From NCBI GenBank assembly GCA_029261995.1, contig JAJDAF010000010.1:196767-260766 (forward strand): 64,000 nt of DNA, in the 5' to 3' direction. The notes beneath the pieces are model-generated. The model was not told where the DNA came from, searched no databases, and saw only the letters and a list, made by a program, of their open reading frames with translations. Each line of letters opens with the position of its first letter. Position 1 is the stretch's first letter. The stretch is from Candidatus Zhuqueibacterota bacterium (GTDB lineage Bacteria; Zhuqueibacterota; Zhuqueibacteria; Oceanimicrobiales; Oceanimicrobiaceae). Position numbers and translations under genes: made by a program. This document shows positions 36,955-46,900 of the stretch, in pieces.

Positions 36955-38208
36955 TTGGAAGGCTGGAAGACATTGAGCAAGACTAACGTTTACGACACGC
37001 TGAAAGAGCGCGGTTTCATAAAACAGGTGACTGACGAAGATGCGGTTCAAGCCGCGCTGGGCAATAGCCAGGTAACGGCCTACGTTGGATTTGACCCCAC
37101 GGCGGATAGCCTGCACGTCGGTAATCTGCTTGGCTTGATGGCGCTGGCCCACCTTCAGCGCGCAGGGCATCGCCCAATCGCGCTTATCGGGGACGGCACC
37201 GGAATGATCGGAGACCCGAGCGGCAAGACAGAGATGCGTCAACTGCTCACGCGCGAAAAAATCGCATCGAATGCGGAGAGGATCAATGCGCAAATCAATC
37301 GCTACTTTACGATGGACGGACATGCCGGCTTTGCGGTGCGCAACGCCGACTGGCTGCTGGACCTGAATCTGGTGGAATTCCTGCGCGACATCGGCCGCCA
37401 CTTTAGCGTTAACAGAATGCTGGCCGCGGAGTCTTACAAGGTGCGAATGGAGACTGGTCTGTCGTTCATCGAGTTCAACTATCAAATTCTGCAGGCGTAC
37501 GATTTTCTGAAGTTGTTCAGAAGTCATGGTTGTACCCTGCAAATGGGCGGAGACGACCAGTGGGGCAACATTATCGCGGGCACGGATTTGATTCGTCGTG
37601 TGGAAAGCCAACCTGCTGAAGGGCTGACCTGGCCGCTCCTGACCACCGCCGGCGGCCAGAAAATGGGCAAGACCGCCAAAGGCGCGGTATGGCTCGACGG
37701 CAGCAAAACCTCGCCCTACGAGTACTACCAGTACTGGATAAACGTCGATGACCGAGATGTCGTCGCGCTCCTGAAATACTACACGTTTCTGCCAATGACT
37801 GAGATCGAGAAGCTGGCGCGGCTCGAAGGTGCTGAGATTCGTAAGGCAAAAGAGGTGCTCGCCTACGAAACCACCGAAATCACGCACGGCAAAGGTGAGG
37901 CCGATAAGGCGCGCGAAGCCTCCCGCAGCGCTTTCGGTGGCGGAGGACAGGACATCAGCGCCGTACCCACCACCGAAATGGCGTCCAGCCGTTTTGACGC
38001 CGGGGTTCTGGTGGTCGATGTGTTCGCCGAAGTGGGGCTGACTAAGTCGAAGGGCGAAGCGCGGCGGCTCATCCAGCAGGGTGGGGCTTACGTTAACGAG
38101 AAGAAGGTCGAGACAATTGACGATAGCCTGACCATTGCGAACGCCGTGGAAGGAGCACTCATGCTGCGAGCAGGCAAGAAGCGCTACCACCGTCTTATGA
38201 TCAAGTGA
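36955..38208 (+). CDS. tyrS: Tyrosine--tRNA ligase (class I, HIGH/KMSKS with C-terminal S4 domain), TTG start
   Basis: HIGH region (DPTADSLHVGNLLGLM), KMGKT (KMSKS variant), the tyrosine-binding motif GFDPTA...IGDPSGK and a C-terminal S4 domain. An alternative TTG at 36973 would give a more typical N-terminus. Confidence 0.9.
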   Translation: MEGWKTLSKTNVYDTLKERGFIKQVTDEDAVQAALGNSQVTAYVGFDPTADSLHVGNLLGLMALAHLQRAGHRPIALIGDGTGMIGDPSGKTEMRQLLTREKIASNAERINAQINRYFTMDGHAGFAVRNADWLLDLNLVEFLRDIGRHFSVNRMLAAESYKVRMETGLSFIEFNYQILQAYDFLKLFRSHGCTLQMGGDDQWGNIIAGTDLIRRVESQPAEGLTWPLLTTAGGQKMGKTAKGAVWLDGSKTSPYEYYQYWINVDDRDVVALLKYYTFLPMTEIEKLARLEGAEIRKAKEVLAYETTEITHGKGEADKAREASRSAFGGGGQDISAVPTTEMASSRFDAGVLVVDVFAEVGLTKSKGEARRLIQQGGAYVNEKKVETIDDSLTIANAVEGALMLRAGKKRYHRLMIK

Positions 38209-38560
38209 GTCAGTCACGCTGCAGAACCACCTGCAATCCAGTTGCGGCAGCGATCTGCGCCAGGAGCTATTTTTTCCTTGAATTCGTTGCAAAATATTCA
38301 TTTCTTCCCCAATCGTAATTGTAACTACTAGGATTGCACGTGGTTCATCTGAAGTTCCTGCGAAGATCTTCGATTGGCTTTGTGAGTTCACTCCGGGTGG
38401 CAGATGGGCTCTGGAGGGTTCGGAACAGGCCACTTGACATTGAACAAAGAGTTGTTGATTTGATGCAAATTGTTTGTATGGCCCGCTTGCCGTCTCACCG
38501 TCAGGTCTTCACGTCGCCATGTGTAAACAATCGATTTCTGCAAAAGCGAAGGAGAGAAAC

Positions 38561-39808
38561 ATGCGATTTGCGCAACGCAACATAATCACCCTGAACACGG
38601 TTTTCCTGACCACGCTCATACTCGCTGCTTGGGCCGGACGTGGCGTCGCCCAGGAGATTCCGGAGTCGGTGCTGGACATCTTCGATGAAAGCTGTGCGTT
38701 CTCTGGCTGTCATGCCGGTCCGAATTCCCCGAATGGCCTGGATTTGACGGAAGATTTTGCCTTGGCGTCGCTCGTAAACCGGCCGAGCCGCGACTTCGGA
38801 AACGAAATCTTAAGAGTGCAGCCGCGGAACCCGGCGCGTAGCTATCTCATAATGAAAATAAAAGACGACCCGGCTATCAAAGGCGGAAGTATGCCGCAAA
38901 ATGGCAAGCCCTTGCCATCGTCTCAAGTCAAAATTCTGGAAGATTGGATCAATTCACTACCGGCTGATTTGAAAGCAAAGTCGCCGGCGCGAGAATACGC
39001 CGAAGCGTTTGCCGGCGTGTCGCTCTCGACCCTGCCGACGACACAGACGCTCGAGAAAGGCTTTTTTGCCTACCGGATTTCACACAGATGGCGCGGCAAT
39101 GTCAAGAGCGGCTTCGCCAATTTCTACGGCCTCGATGGCGGCGCGAGCATCTTTACGGAATTGCTATTTGCTTTGAACAACGATTTGAGCGCGTCGGTTG
39201 GGCGTGCGAATCAGGATGCAACATTTGAGTTTGCCGGCAAGTGGCGATTCCTGAAGGAAAAGTCGAGTGGCGGCACGCCGATTTCGGCCGCACTCGTGGC
39301 TGGGCTCGACTGGAACACACGCAAGAATCCCATCGGCGTCACCGGACCGCTGGACCGTACGGACAGCGAACGATTTCATTGGTTTGCGCAAGTGCCTCTG
39401 TCAAAACAGGTGCACGATAAGTTTTCCATTCTGTTTGTTCCGGGCGTGCTCCTCAACGGCAATGTGCAACTGGATGATGAAGATGCTATCGTCACTCTCG
39501 GCTTCGGCGCCAGGCTTCACTTTGGGTCGGATTTCTCCCTGTTTGTGGAAGGCGTTCCCATCGTTGCCGGCTCAGACGGAGCCGCTGTAGTCGGAGGCCC
39601 TCGACCTGAAAGGGGGGACCGGGTGTTTAACGACGGCTTCACCGTGGGCCTCGAGAAGCGCGTCGGCGGTCATGTTTTTCATGTTTACCTGACTAACTCG
39701 CTAGGGTTGGCCACCAGCCACTCCATGAGCGGCGCTGACTTTGATTTCACCGAGCGCGATCTGCGATTGGGTTTTAACATTTACAGGACCCTGCGTTTGC
39801 CGTTCTAG
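38561..39808 (+). CDS. Fused PSCyt1-like domain (atypical C-x4-CH putative heme motif) + outer-membrane beta-barrel; Cyc2-like porin-cytochrome architecture
   Basis: The ATG at 38561 is preceded by an RBS (aaggagag). After the signal peptide (TLILAAWAGRGVAQE) comes a ~110-aa domain (IFDESCAFSGCHAGPNSPNGLDL...SMPQNGKPLPSSQVKILEDWI) that fits the planctomycete cytochrome C (PSCyt1) pattern but with CX4CH. The C-terminal ~250 aa are amphipathic beta-strands ending in the OMP-signature terminal Phe (...YRTLRLPF). The ORF track start at 38474 (TTG) is upstream. Confidence 0.5.
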   Translation: MRFAQRNIITLNTVFLTTLILAAWAGRGVAQEIPESVLDIFDESCAFSGCHAGPNSPNGLDLTEDFALASLVNRPSRDFGNEILRVQPRNPARSYLIMKIKDDPAIKGGSMPQNGKPLPSSQVKILEDWINSLPADLKAKSPAREYAEAFAGVSLSTLPTTQTLEKGFFAYRISHRWRGNVKSGFANFYGLDGGASIFTELLFALNNDLSASVGRANQDATFEFAGKWRFLKEKSSGGTPISAALVAGLDWNTRKNPIGVTGPLDRTDSERFHWFAQVPLSKQVHDKFSILFVPGVLLNGNVQLDDEDAIVTLGFGARLHFGSDFSLFVEGVPIVAGSDGAAVVGGPRPERGDRVFNDGFTVGLEKRVGGHVFHVYLTNSLGLATSHSMSGADFDFTERDLRLGFNIYRTLRLPF

Positions 39809-39888
39809 TCGGGAACATTCCACGCAACTAAAGTGTTGAGCAGGTCGCGGTCAACATGTGAGTACAGATTTTATGGAGATTCAGGGAC

Positions 39889-40305
39889 ATGAGGCACACT
39901 GCTTTCTTGAGCACGATTATTCTCGCCGTCAGTTTGATCGCGGCATGTGAGCACAGCAAGACGCTGGCCCCCGAGGCCGCTGAACCAACACTTTCCAACA
40001 TTCAGAATACCATTTTCAGTCAAAAATGTGCCACTTCGGGGTGCCATGTACCCGGCGGCAACGGCCCGATGCCGATGCGTACGAGCCAGGAATCGTTTTC
40101 CAATCTAGTGGGCGTGCCCGCAAGCCAAAGTACCGGCCTGAACCGGGTGACCTCGGGAGATCCCGACAACAGTTATCTGCTACAGAAGCTGGAAGGCGCG
40201 CCGGGCATTCAGGGCGAACGGATGCCTCTTGGCGGCGCGGCCCTCGCCGGTGAACAGATCGAGTTGATTCGCGACTGGATTTCGACCGGAGCTGCGAACA
40301 ATTAG
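39889..40305 (+). CDS. Lipoprotein with stand-alone PSCyt1-like domain (C-x4-CH motif)
   Basis: A lipobox (SLIAACEHS) precedes FSQKCATSGCHVPGGNGPMPM...ERMPLGGAALAGEQIELIRDWISTGA. This is paralogous to the N-domain of the upstream gene with the same CxxSGCH spacing. Confidence 0.5.
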   Translation: MRHTAFLSTIILAVSLIAACEHSKTLAPEAAEPTLSNIQNTIFSQKCATSGCHVPGGNGPMPMRTSQESFSNLVGVPASQSTGLNRVTSGDPDNSYLLQKLEGAPGIQGERMPLGGAALAGEQIELIRDWISTGAANN

Positions 40306-40353
40306 CCAGAATTACCAAGGTTCGAATAACAAAGAAAACTTGCGGAGGTTAAT

Positions 40354-40986
40354 ATGAAGAAGATGATTTTACTGATCGCGGCAGGCGCTGCATCACTCAT
40401 GTTTCTGGCCATTCAGGAGTCAAAACTGCCGGCAAAAACCAGCAATCTGCGTTTGACTCAAATCGCCGGCCTTGAGCTGTTTGAACTCAAGGGCTGCACC
40501 GCATGCCACACGCTTGCGGGCAAAGCAGAAGTAACGCGTACACCGGTTGCAAACAATCGAGATGATGTCTGGTTCAGCGACCACGTTGGGTCCGAGTCCG
40601 AACTTGTGCTCGGCCAGGCCAAAAAGAAACGCAAGAAAAAGAAGCTACTCAAGAAGGAAGTTGCAGCGCTCAATGATTTCCTGTTCGAGTCAGACAGTGC
40701 CGCCAAGAAGCAGATTTTCGGACTCGCAGCAAACCTCAGAAATGGCGCCTACCTGGCCTACCAAAATAACTGCATCGGCTGCCACAGGATCGCCGGTGGA
40801 GGGAAGGAAACCGCGCCCGATTTGACTTTTGCGGCTGACAAGAAAAGCGACCGGAGCTGGCATATCAAAAATCTCAAAAACCCGCAGCAGTTTTCCGCCG
40901 AATCCGTGATGCCGGCGTTTGATGAAAAACTGTCGGATGAGCAGCTTGGGCAGATTGCGGACTACCTGCTGACGCTCAGGAAGTAG
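40354..40986 (+). CDS. Diheme c-type cytochrome (two CXXCH), periplasmic, with poly-lysine linker
   Basis: A signal/anchor precedes the heme motifs CTACH and CIGCH, with a Met ligand candidate (SVMPAF). A K-rich linker (KKKRKKKKLLKK) separates the two heme domains. Confidence 0.7.
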   Translation: MKKMILLIAAGAASLMFLAIQESKLPAKTSNLRLTQIAGLELFELKGCTACHTLAGKAEVTRTPVANNRDDVWFSDHVGSESELVLGQAKKKRKKKKLLKKEVAALNDFLFESDSAAKKQIFGLAANLRNGAYLAYQNNCIGCHRIAGGGKETAPDLTFAADKKSDRSWHIKNLKNPQQFSAESVMPAFDEKLSDEQLGQIADYLLTLRK

Positions 40987-41213
40987 GAAATCTAAACTGG
41001 CATTTGCAACTGGACCAATGAGCGCACTGATGACCAGCTCTTCGATTCCATTTCCGGCGGCTCAGGCAAATGTCAAAGTTTAGAAAAAAACTTCCGCCGG
41101 ACGAAATAAACGCGGCGGTCAGGTTTGTTCGCAGATTTAGAGAAAGATGGACGAAGTTCCGACACTCGGAAGTGACACAACTTTTTTTCTTGACTCATCG
41201 ACCAGGAATTTGA

Positions 41214-41714
41214 TTGCAGATATTCGACAAACAGTCTGACACGGCTGTTCCGCGCAGGCGCTTCTTGAAGGTGGGAATTGCCGCGTTGAACGGTTTTATT
41301 GCTTTTGCACTTGCGATTCCTGGACTCGGCTACTTGCTGACACCAGTTTTGCGGCGTTCGGATGGCGCCTGGATTCCTCTGGGGAATGCCTCGAGTTTGC
41401 AGAGTGCTGAGCCCCGCAAAGCCAGCTTCAAATACACCACCACGGAAGGCTACTCGCGCAACGAGAAAAACGGATTCGCATGGGTCGTCACGGACACCGA
41501 AGAAGCCTCGGGTATTTCGGCTTTTTCGGCAGTTTGTTCCCACACGGGCTGCAATGTCACGTGGCAGTCAAGAGAAAACCATTTCGTTTGTCCCTGTCAT
41601 GACGGACGGTACGACAGACGCGGCGCCGTGGTCTCAGGGCCGCCGCCGCGACCGTTGAGCAAGCTGGCCTTGAAGATGGAGAATGGCCAGGTGTTTGTGC
41701 GTTTGCCGTCGTGA
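41214..41714 (+). CDS. petC: Rieske [2Fe-2S] iron-sulfur subunit of cytochrome bc-type complex (Tat signal)
   Basis: A twin-arginine motif (RRRFLKVGIAAL) and TM anchor are followed by Rieske box I CSHTGC and box II CPCHDGRY. Confidence 0.85.
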   Translation: MQIFDKQSDTAVPRRRFLKVGIAALNGFIAFALAIPGLGYLLTPVLRRSDGAWIPLGNASSLQSAEPRKASFKYTTTEGYSRNEKNGFAWVVTDTEEASGISAFSAVCSHTGCNVTWQSRENHFVCPCHDGRYDRRGAVVSGPPPRPLSKLALKMENGQVFVRLPS

Positions 41715-41768
41715 TGGTGCTAAAGATAGAAGACGTCCTGCGAACTCATAACTGACAAATGACCTGAG

Positions 41769-43430
41769 ATGGAGCCCAATAAAAAAGGATTGTTGCAAGC
41801 GTTCAATCGTTTCCTGAAGGAGCCGATGCCAAAGGGTGTGAATTGGCCGAACGCGCTTGGATCCTGCTTGCTGGCGCTGGTGGTGGTTCAGGTAATCACG
41901 GGAATCCTTCTCTCTCTTTACTACTCCCCAAATGCGGATGTCGCCCATGACAGCGTGCGCTTTATCGAGCAGCAGGTTGTGTTTGGCAGTCTGATTCGCG
42001 GCATCCACTATTTTTCCGCCAGCGCGATGATGGTGGTCATCTTTCTACACCTCGCCCGCACATTTTTTTCCGGGGCATACAAACCGCCGCGCCAGTGGAC
42101 TTGGATTTTCGGCGTGGCTCTGTTGCTGGTGGTGGTCGGTTTTGCCTTTACCGGTTACCTGTTGCCCTGGGACATGAAAGCCTATTTCGCAACCAAAGTC
42201 GGGCTCAACATCGCCGGGATGACGCCGATAGTTGGCGACAGTCTGAAGCGAATCTTGCAGGGCGGCAGCGAGTTGGGCATGCTGACGCTGTCACGCTTTT
42301 TCGCCTTGCACGTGGTCGTTTTGCCGCTGTCTCTCGTTCTATTGATTGCCTTGCACATCACTTACATCAGGATGCACGGTCCAACGCCGCTGGGTCGTGG
42401 GGGCGAGCCAGGCCAAGTTTCCGGTACCTTTTTTCCACAGCAACTTTTCCGAGATTCGGTGGTGGCGGCTGGCGTGATTGGCCTAATATTCGTGCTGGCT
42501 CTCAAGTTTGGCGCGCCATTAGAGGCGCCGGCGGATCCCAACGACACCAGCTACATTCCTCGTCCGGATTGGTATTTCTATGGCGCGTTTCAGCTTTTGA
42601 AATTGTTTGAAGGGCGATTCGAAGTGGTTGGCGCCATCGTTTTGCCCGGGCTGTTTCTGGCTGTCATGGTGTTGCTTCCATTCCTTGATCGCAGCCCCGG
42701 CAGATCCCTCAAAGACCGCCCGGCTGTGGCCTCGATTGGAGCCATTGCCTTGTTGTCAATCGTCATTCTGACCGCGGTTGGGGCCTACACCGGCGAGAAA
42801 CAAAAGGAGAGCCTGACCTCCGACCGGTCAGTCGTCGATGTTGAAGGCGAGATCGAAGAGACTTTTGTGGTCGATCCGGCCATTGGCAAGCAGCTTTACG
42901 ATGGGCTGAAGTGTGCTGAATGTCATGCCCTGGCCTCGGAAGGCGTTAACAATCCGCCGGGCCTGGAGTTTTCGGGAAACAAGTACCGGCAGTCCTGGCT
43001 GGTGGCCTATTTGCAGCAACCGCACCGCGTACGCTGGCAGGGCAAGAACCGGCGTCCGGTTGCGCGCATGCCCAATTTCGATCTCACGGATCGGGAAGCC
43101 CTCAATCTCTCAGTCTACCTGCTCGAACTGCGGCGGGATAACAAATTCCCCGAACCTGAATTTGACTGGGCGGAAGCGGACAGCGAAATGGTAGATTCCG
43201 GAAAAGAGCTGACCGTAGATTACGGCTGCATGGGCTGCCACCGCATCGGGGACGAAGGCCAGAACGTCGCCCCGGAGTTGAGTCATGCGGGTAGCAAGTT
43301 GCGGGAAGCCTACCTGTTCAGCATCGTTCAAGAGCCAGACAAAGTCGTGCCCGGAACCTCGATGAAAAACTTTCAGCTCGAAGTTGAGGATATTGAGGAT
43401 ATCGTGGCATACTTGCGGCTCTTGGAGTAA
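41769..43430 (+). CDS. petB: Cytochrome b (b6/subunit IV-like, PDWY Qo motif) fused to C-terminal diheme cytochrome c
   Basis: The N-terminal half has cytochrome b helices with conserved His pairs (FLHLARTFF, ALHVVVLP, ALHITYIRMH) and the PDWY motif (IPRPDWYFYG). The C-terminal ~170 aa carry CAECH and CMGCH and end in a typical cytochrome c helix (IVAYLRLLE). Confidence 0.85.
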   Translation: MEPNKKGLLQAFNRFLKEPMPKGVNWPNALGSCLLALVVVQVITGILLSLYYSPNADVAHDSVRFIEQQVVFGSLIRGIHYFSASAMMVVIFLHLARTFFSGAYKPPRQWTWIFGVALLLVVVGFAFTGYLLPWDMKAYFATKVGLNIAGMTPIVGDSLKRILQGGSELGMLTLSRFFALHVVVLPLSLVLLIALHITYIRMHGPTPLGRGGEPGQVSGTFFPQQLFRDSVVAAGVIGLIFVLALKFGAPLEAPADPNDTSYIPRPDWYFYGAFQLLKLFEGRFEVVGAIVLPGLFLAVMVLLPFLDRSPGRSLKDRPAVASIGAIALLSIVILTAVGAYTGEKQKESLTSDRSVVDVEGEIEETFVVDPAIGKQLYDGLKCAECHALASEGVNNPPGLEFSGNKYRQSWLVAYLQQPHRVRWQGKNRRPVARMPNFDLTDREALNLSVYLLELRRDNKFPEPEFDWAEADSEMVDSGKELTVDYGCMGCHRIGDEGQNVAPELSHAGSKLREAYLFSIVQEPDKVVPGTSMKNFQLEVEDIEDIVAYLRLLE

Positions 43431-43953
43431 GTCGGGCAGGCAGACTTCAGTTTGCGACTTAGAAAGGTCGCGTTAGGGCAGCCATTCAATATTCTCCATT
43501 CTCCTCTACACTAGACATGCGTGTAAAATGTAGCCTTTTCCCAAAGTCGTTGCTGAAATTCGTGCCGTGCCACGTTTTTCCTTTCCTTTTTCCGCACTTA
43601 TCCACATCTGCCGTATCTTAGACTAATGACTGAGTAAATTCTACTCAGAGCGCTCAGATGTTCAAGCCATGATCCCGCTTTTGTTGCTATGAGTGTGGGA
43701 AAATGGTAAGGGTTTTGTATCGGCATGTCGGGCCGGCAAAGCTGGCTGTGCAATGTGAAGGGACTCTCCATCTGCATTATTCCAGGGGCTGCAGCCTGCC
43801 ACGGTTGATAGCCTGACCCGCGCTCTGAGCACTCACGAACAAAATTTAGGGGAGTACCCACACATTTCACGAGCACTGCTGGTTTCAACTTGACATTTGA
43901 CCGGGGGAACTAAGCTACGTCTTGCTGTCATGCAGTGAGTTGAGGAGGTTCAT

Positions 43954-46900
43954 ATGCAGTATAAGCTACTAAGTTCTCTAGTTGTCCTGGTTATGTGCAT
44001 CGCGGCTTTTGGTCCCGCGGTTGCTCAACCTGCCAAGACGCCGCCCGTTGTTACCGGTCCGCAAACACTCTCAGGTTTCGGGGGCAACGCCGGCCTTTAC
44101 GAATTTTTGACCCAGGGAGAGACGGCGCGAGGCGACATCGGTGGCATCTCCACCGCTGAAGATTATTGGGTTTACATCGTCGGAATCGATGCCAGTGGCG
44201 TCACAGGACCCGACGGGCGTCAGATTCAATTCAATTTGCAGAATACGATTCAGGGCGAGACCGAACACCTTGGCATCAGTTTCTCGCTGGACAATCCTGA
44301 CATTGGCGGGTTTGACCTGCTGGAGTGCTACCAATCCAACGGCGGCGGATTGCTGACCCATGGCCTGGTGAGTGCTTCCCTCGATGTCACGGTTTTTGAC
44401 TTGCGTTTCAACTTCTCCAAAGACAACGCGGAAGACGGTTGGACCGTCACACCCTACTATCGCCTGTCGGGCGGTAGTTGGACCCCCTTCTCTGGTGGCT
44501 CGTTCACCGGCAACCCTGCCTTTGATTTCGACGAAGCCAAACTGACTGTCTTCTTTACGAATTCCATCGCAAATTCCGACGCCGCGGACGGCCAGGTCGT
44601 GTTCGACAACTTCTTTGTGCTCGGGCCAATTCCAGAGCCGATCACGGTCGTTTATGTTGATGATGCCTGGCAGGGTCTCGCACCGGGTGACGCAGTGCAA
44701 TTTCCCGGGGAGGACGACGTTCGGGTTATGGGGGTGAATGCATTCGCTACGATTCAGGAAGGCATCGATTCCTTTATCCAGATGCCGCCGGCAGCTCTCA
44801 GGGAAGACAGACTTTTGCCGCAGGCGGAAGCTGTTGAAGAAATCACGGTACTCGACTTAAATGTTGCGCCTGGAACCTACCAGGAAAATGTGGTCATTCC
44901 CTTTCCAGCACGGCTTCTCGGCTCTGGTAGCGGCAGCGACCCGCTGCAAGACACGATCATTGAGGCCGACCCTCAGAATACCGGATTTCCTGTCATCGAT
45001 ATTGCTGGTTTTGCGCCCGGCGGTGTTTCAGTTAATTCCCGCCTGGAGATTAGAGATCTCAGAGTCACTGGTGCGGTTGGCTCTGGAGATGCACCCAGCG
45101 GCATCTCCATCACCGCCGATGGATTTTTCGATGTCGCGGCCCAAGGCGCGTTGCAGGCCAGTGCCGCCGCCGGCGTATCGGTAATTCAATTCATGACGTT
45201 CAACAACGTCACCGCGGTCGATAATTCGGGCCACGGGATTGCTGTGAATTCTGACGGAATCGTGAGTGACCTACGCGTGGTCAATTGCGAGGTCTCGAAT
45301 AACAGCAACCACGGCATTTTCATCTCCTCCAGCATTGCATCATTCGACAGCCTGATTGTCGATAGCTGCACCATCGAGGACAACGGCATCACCGGAATTA
45401 CCTCAGGGCCGCAGGGTTCTCAGAATGTGGACAACATCCATATCAGTAATTCGACGCTTTCCAGAAATGGCGATGCACTCAGTCCTTCCGGTAGCGGTTC
45501 CGGCGATATCAGCCTGTTCGACTTTAACAGTGACGCTTCAATCACCAACGTTGATGTAACGGGGAACGGCGCGCACATCGGCATCCAGATTCGCGGTGTC
45601 GATAACGCAGGCACTTCTCCGGCGGGCAATGTCCAACTTGACGATGTCACCATTTCCGGGCAGTACCAGCATCCCAATACCTGGGTCGGCTCCGGACTTT
45701 TTATCGCCAACTTCAGTTCACTAAGCAGTGTCGGCCTGAACAATGTTCAGATCGATGTTTCGCCCGTGTCGCCCTCGAAGGATGTCATCAACCTTTATAA
45801 TGATAATATCGATGGCAGCCTGGACATTGGCAATATGCAACTGGGCGGCAATGCTGACCTGGATATTTTGAACAGCGCACCCGCTTCCGTGGATGCCAAC
45901 GATGCGGTGTTCACCAACGCGGCAGACAATTTCGAAATCGAGGACCGCATCTTCCATGGTCTCGATGACAATAGCGTCGGCTTGGTGCGCTGGACGGGCA
46001 ATCAGATTTATCTCACCGCGACAACTTTTTCAGCGCCGGATACCGCGGTAGTTCTCGACAATATCCTTTCTGTTGTGGATAACGGTGACACGCTGAACTT
46101 CGGCGCCGGCAATTACTACACAACTGCCGGGGCGGTGATCAGCAAGAGCCTGACCTTCTTCGGCGGCGCAGGCGTGATTTGCCGGCCACTTGGGGCCACG
46201 TCTGGCGCCTGGGTTACGGTGGATACACTTGTGACTCTGAATCTTGATAGCATCATCTTTGATGGTGCCGGGTACGACATCGGCATCGGCTGCCTGGTGA
46301 GAGGTCGCGGTTATTGCCGTAACCTGACCTTCAGGAACATAGTGGACGACAACGGCGGCGGCATTGCCCTGTGGCTACGCGGCGACCAGCCTGTTGAAGT
46401 TTCCGGCACCACCTTCAGCAATATTGGCGGCCTGTCCCCAGGTGGGTCGATCGCCTACGGCGCCTGCTTCACGGGAACTGGAGTTGTGGGGTCCACCTAT
46501 CGTGGTAACACCTACGTTGGCCGCGGTGCGGGAGCATGGGTTGAATATGGCCTGTTTCTCGATGCAGGTGCGCAGGTGAACATTGTCAGCAACACCTTTT
46601 ACAACCTGCTCGGTTTCACGAGTGTCGAGGGTGTCGTCGGGTCAGCCGGGATTTGCGTGGTTACCAATGGCGGTGGCGGCACATCTGCTTCCATCGACAG
46701 TAGCACAATCTACGACTGCTACAACGGAATCAAAGTTGGCGAATTCGATGGGGACCAGAGCTTCGCGATTATCAGGGATACGGAAATCTACCAGAGCACC
46801 GTTGGCCTTTGTATTGGCGGCGCGTTGTTTGTGAAGGCTGAGGACAACGACATCCACGGCAATGGCACCGGCGTTGTGGTGCGAAATGCCACGGTCTTTG

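Noticed and set aside
36925-38433. 502-aa ORF on the minus strand
   Set aside because: It lies entirely antisense to the well-supported tyrS gene. It is low-complexity and Arg/Ala-rich, typical of GC-rich antisense frames, and has no motif.
41073-41543. 156-aa minus-strand ORF
   Set aside because: Overlaps the Rieske gene on the opposite strand. The Rieske motifs make the plus-strand call unambiguous.
43598-43888. 96-aa minus-strand ORF in the 520-bp region upstream of the giant gene
   Set aside because: No RBS or motif. More likely a non-coding promoter/leader region for 43954.
44071-44700. 209-aa minus-strand ORF
   Set aside because: Antisense to the N-terminal region of the giant beta-helix gene.
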